From Girardia tigrina (Eukaryota): a stretch of 55,094 bases of DNA. The DNA is taken from the NCBI GenBank assembly GCA_001938485.1, contig MQRK01252713.1, positions 1 to 55,094 of the forward strand. The letters run 5' to 3'. The position numbers and the translations under genes were made by a program. The first letter of the stretch is position 1. Each line of letters starts with the position of its first letter. The notes under the pieces were generated by a model that saw only the letters and a program-made list of their open reading frames with translations, was not told the DNA's origin and searched no databases. Below are positions 50,941 through 55,094 of the stretch, in pieces.

Positions 50941-51140
50941 CATATAAAATTGATATTTTTTCATTAGAAGTACATAATCTTTCATTTTAAATTGAGAAAT
51001 TTTCATTTTAAAATTGATATTTTTCATATAGTTAGTGAATTCGAAAAAATGACTAGTTCATAAATTCGGCAATTACACTATTTAGCAAACTGTTACCGAT
51101 TTCACGAATTCGGCAATTACACAAATTCGGCATAACATAT

Positions 51141-51482
51141 ATATCCATGGAATTTAGAAACCTTATTTCGAAGGCTATTTTTTCAATCGATTTTCTTCAA
51201 ATTTTGCACACTTACTCATTCTTGATGACAATAAATTAGTATGTGAAAATTTGATCGAAAAAACTTTTTAAGATCCCAAAATGGAAAAAAAACGGAAAAT
51301 TCGGAGTTCCCGGACAATATTAATTGCAAGATATCTACTTATAAATTATAATTAATTTATATTAATTTTTAATGTGTTTTTTAATTAAAATTTTTTAAAT
51401 TTTAATAACTTTGTTGGTAAAGTAGAGTTTGGACTGCATAAAGAATGGATATAAAAAATTAATTTTTTTATTTACTAGTTTA
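51141..51482. repeat. Second copy of the ~350 bp dispersed repeat
   Basis: Matches 23515-23862. Confidence 0.7.
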
Positions 51483-52284
51483 AATAATATAAATTGAAAA
51501 AATGATAATTATTTAAAGAAAAGGACCGAAAATTAAGAAGGAAATTTTTAAATATCATTGTTTTTTGTTTTCTGAAGAATTTGTTTGTCTTTTTCCCCGT
51601 TTAAATTTGTGTATAATAAATATTAATTGTGTTTTTTATTAATTGAAATATTGATAAAATTAACAATAATTATTATGTGTCTTTTTTTACACGAGTGGTC
51701 TTAAAAATCATAAATAGTTTTAAATCAAAATAATTTTGAAAAACATAAATATAAAAGCAGAAACATAAAATTACAAATTGATTTTATGAATGATAATATT
51801 TTATATTTTACTACTTTTAATGTTATCGATGAAAGTGTTACAACTTTTCTACATTGTTAACGGATAATATATAATGTTATGACCAGACACCAACCATTTT
51901 ATATGGTACTTGAATCATTAACTGAATATTATGTCACATTTGTCGTGGGTCATTGTTGTTGTCAATATAAACAAATTACATCAAAAAGGAATATTTTATC
52001 TTTTGAGTTTATAACATATTTAGAGGGAAGGTCCTTGAAATTTATCAAAGAAATTCATCGTATATTTAATTAATTTCTTAGAAACAAATAAGTTAATAAA
52101 GTCGTGGTGATATCAAATAGCTGTTAAATTAATTAATAATATATGAACCTGAAGTTTTTATTACAATAAAACTTATGCAATTTGTTCTAACATTTGACTA
52201 CTTTGTGAGATATGTTTCGTAATAATTTAAATTAAAATGATATCTGACGTTGAAATGGGTTGTAACTAAGTTTTTGTTTTTCAG

Positions 52285-52701
52285 GAATGTTAGTAGCGTT
52301 TAATCATTTTCTTTATCCGAAATTTAAGAAGTCATATTTATCGCTAAGGTGCTGGCCCCTGAGCCGAACGATGGTAGCCAGCATCTCTTTATCGTGCGGG
52401 AATTTGCCGGGCGAGGAAGTCAAACGGTCGTTTGAGTGGGCGCCACGAACCCGTCGGGCCCGATGGCCACCGGTGACGGCTTCCTATCCCGGCTCTCCGG
52501 CTCTGTTGCAATTGGTGCCGATCGAAATGGTGGTTAGTCAGACGGGCTCGTCGGTCGGTGACCCGTCCTCTGAAAGTCGACCAGTTCTACCAATCGCACA
52601 CAGACAGTTAGGACACGCCGGTCCGATCATCGTTTCCGGCAAGTTTTGGAAAGTGTGCTTGATGCTAATTCTTGAAGAAAACATTGCTTTTGCGCAAATT
52701 A
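52285..52701 (+). CDS. Candidate 417-nt internal exon of unknown product
   Basis: Branch-like CTAAG, T-tract and TTCAG acceptor (52284), GTAAGT donor (52702), a frame open throughout (phase 1-1) and GC far above background. No domain recognised. Confidence 0.45.
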
Positions 52702-53152
52702 GTAAGTGTATCGGTACGTTAAAATAACATTAAATTAACATAAAGACAAAAGTTATTCATCATCTGAAACATTTATTCATTCAAATTTCAGACATTATTT
52801 CTAATTATTTATACAAGGTTAAATTTCTAACATTCATTATTTTTAATTTGTTTTTTTTATTTGATTTCTCGAGCACTACAATCGCAAAAACTGTATTAAT
52901 GACAATAATACAAATATATAAACAAATTTCTTGTTAATTCAATCATTTAACGTATAGTTATAAAATTTATTTTAAAATTATATCTAAACTTTTTTTTAAA
53001 AACTTTATCATAAAAATATTAAACTTCATTTTATTTTATAAAAATTATTTCTTAAAAATATTTTAAATTTTAATCCGTTTATTATTTATTTTAAAATTTT
53101 TATTTCAAAATATTTTATTAATTAAAATATATCAATTGTTATGAATATTGAT

Positions 53153-53364
53153 AAAATGAAATCCGGACAAAAATTTTCTTTTAAAAACAACAATCATCCA
53201 TTTGAAAATATATTTCAAGACAATATATTTCGACGGATCTACCGTCATCTTCATGTCACTAATTAATAATCAATTCACCTGTATATAAATACAAAAATGA
53301 TGATTATGTAATCGATTGCATGAAATAATGCTAATCAAAAATTCTCAATAAGCTGGTTGAGACT
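53153..53364 (-). mobile_element. Penelope-like terminal repeat with mutated hammerhead (53219-53259)
   Basis: Minus strand reads GAC-ATGAAGA-T-GACGG TAGAT CCGTC-GAAA-TATA-TT-GTC. Inverted repeat of 50726-50940. Confidence 0.65.
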
Positions 53365-54170
53365 ATAGGTGGGCACGTTTAGCGTTTAATCGACCGTTTA
53401 AACGTTTTCGTTGTTAAGGTCGTTTAAACGTTTAGCAATTGATAAACGAGCGTGTAATTCTTAAGTTCAAATTTATTAAACGTAATTAAATATTTTTATT
53501 AGATGTAAAATAATTTAAATTATGTTGATTTTCAATATTTTTTTTAAGTAACAAAGTTTTAAAAACACAATGTATTGTATTGATCTATTGTTTTCTGATA
53601 TATCATAAAATTTAAATTTTTTTCATGGAAATAATTAGGTTATACAGTTATTATTGGATTTACGTATATAAAATATTAACTATTTAACGAATTGGCATTA
53701 AAAAAAAATTTTATTTTCAAAGAGAAAATTCGAATTAATTTCAGCACAATAAAATAAATTTAATTAAATCGAATAATTAAAAAGTAATAAGAGTTATAAG
53801 TATACATTTTCCACGACTTTGAAAGGATAAAATACTTAGATTTATTGATTATAAATAAATTAATTTATCAAAAATTAAAAAAAATAATTCTTCTTATCAC
53901 ACTAAATACAACTACAATAAATAAACGTTAAAATTCTTATTAATTCTTTCAAAAAATGATATTCAAATAATCAATAAAAAACTGTATTGATTAGATTAAG
54001 ATAATTGTTAGATATTTTAATTAAAAAAAATAAAGAAAAATTGGAATTTTGAATTTCAACACAATATATATATTTAAAGAATTCTCTAGTTTTTGTTTAA
54101 ATAAATCAATGAAATAAAGAAAGCTTTGTATTTAGCATTTTATTCATTTTTTAATTTCAGTCAATAAAAA

Positions 54171-54335
54171 ATGGCTTGACAAGAAAAATGAGGAAAATGA
54201 TTCGGAAAGAGAGGAGCGAGGAGACTCCGGAAAGCGTTGAGAAACAACATCCTGGGCATCACCAAGCCGGCCATCAGACGACTGGCGAGGAAAGGCGGTG
54301 TCAAGAGAATCTCCGGTTCGATCTAAGAAGAGAGC
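54171..54335 (+). pseudogene. H4: Histone H4 pseudogene, N-terminal half
   Basis: [51 protein letters not shown] is collinear with H4 residues 1-54. It has four in-frame stops and similarity ends after EE. Confidence 0.93.
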
Positions 54336-55094
54336 TTTCAGTCATCCATCCTGAAAATTTGCCGCAATTTATTGAAGGTTTCAGAGAATGCGCAACGGTC
54401 CTCTTTGGGGCTAAAATCGTTGATTGTAGGACGAGTGTCTTGATTCCAATGAGACAAAAAATAACAATATTTATATATCTTTATACTTAAGCCAAATGAA
54501 ACGTTATAAAATGAATCGCGCACATCCCTAGAAGTGAAAAAGTAACATTTAACAGTGATTATTTTCTTTTATTAATTTTTCTTATGTGTAGTTATTTGTA
54601 TATTTATCTATGCATGTATGTGTAGGTATATATATATCCGACCCATTTATGCAGATCCTTCTTGAAAATGCGGTCGAAATCGATAAATATAATCAATATC
54701 AGAACGATCGTGATCAACTGCATCAGCATCAATATTCTTGAGGCGGTCGATCGCGTCTTTTGATTGTTTGCGTGTTGTAATATATGAAATGAAAATTCGA
54801 ATTTTAGCTTTTTATTGATCGATTTTAAAATTATTTATTGNNNGATTCTTAGATTTTATTTTACAAGAAAAATAAGTTTTTTAAGTAAATTTGAGGGAAA
54901 TCTTTGTTCAGATGTTATATGCTCATTAAATTATTAAAATTCCTTGTGTTAAACAGTTATATTCAATGAGAGTCGATTGTTTAAACTATGTTAAGTGAAT
55001 TGAAAAAAAGCCAGATGTTATAAAATAATCAATAAAAAACTGTATTGATTAAATTTACGATAATTGTTGGAGATTTTAATTAAATAAATAAAGA

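Noticed and set aside
54171-54200. TGA at three conserved Gly positions of H4 suggesting TGA=Gly recoding
   Set aside because: The same copy has a TAA at Tyr51, many missense changes and truncation, so pseudogene decay explains it.

Overview
Very AT-rich, gapped eukaryotic (metazoan) draft sequence. Composition and repeat types fit a planarian flatworm, but that is inference only. The window is dominated by decayed transposons. The main element is a compact Ty3/Gypsy LTR retrotransposon (41095-46550, minus strand; 170-172 bp LTRs, TSD, PBS, PPT, RT core deleted, doubly nested insertion). Also present are other Gypsy gag/pol fragments, Penelope-like element (PLE) remnants with five minimal hammerhead-ribozyme-like motifs, a mariner transposase relic, RTE LINE 3' ends, hAT and piggyBac MITEs, and DINE-1/Helentron-like elements. 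Host-like coding sequence comprises the first exon of a protocadherin/cadherin-type gene (9361-9567, minus), an intronless ORF with tandem helix-turn-helix repeats (5047-6047, minus, cut by a gap), a GC-rich symmetric candidate exon (52285-52701, plus) bracketed by inverted PLE terminal repeats, and a 5' histone H4 pseudogene in an apparent ~1.06 kb repeat unit. A ~2.6 kb non-coding element (35761-38390) ends in a dense array of RFX X-box-like palindromes plus CCAAT boxes. No CRISPR array, rRNA or tRNA was recognised. All calls come from manual reading and none were checked against a database.
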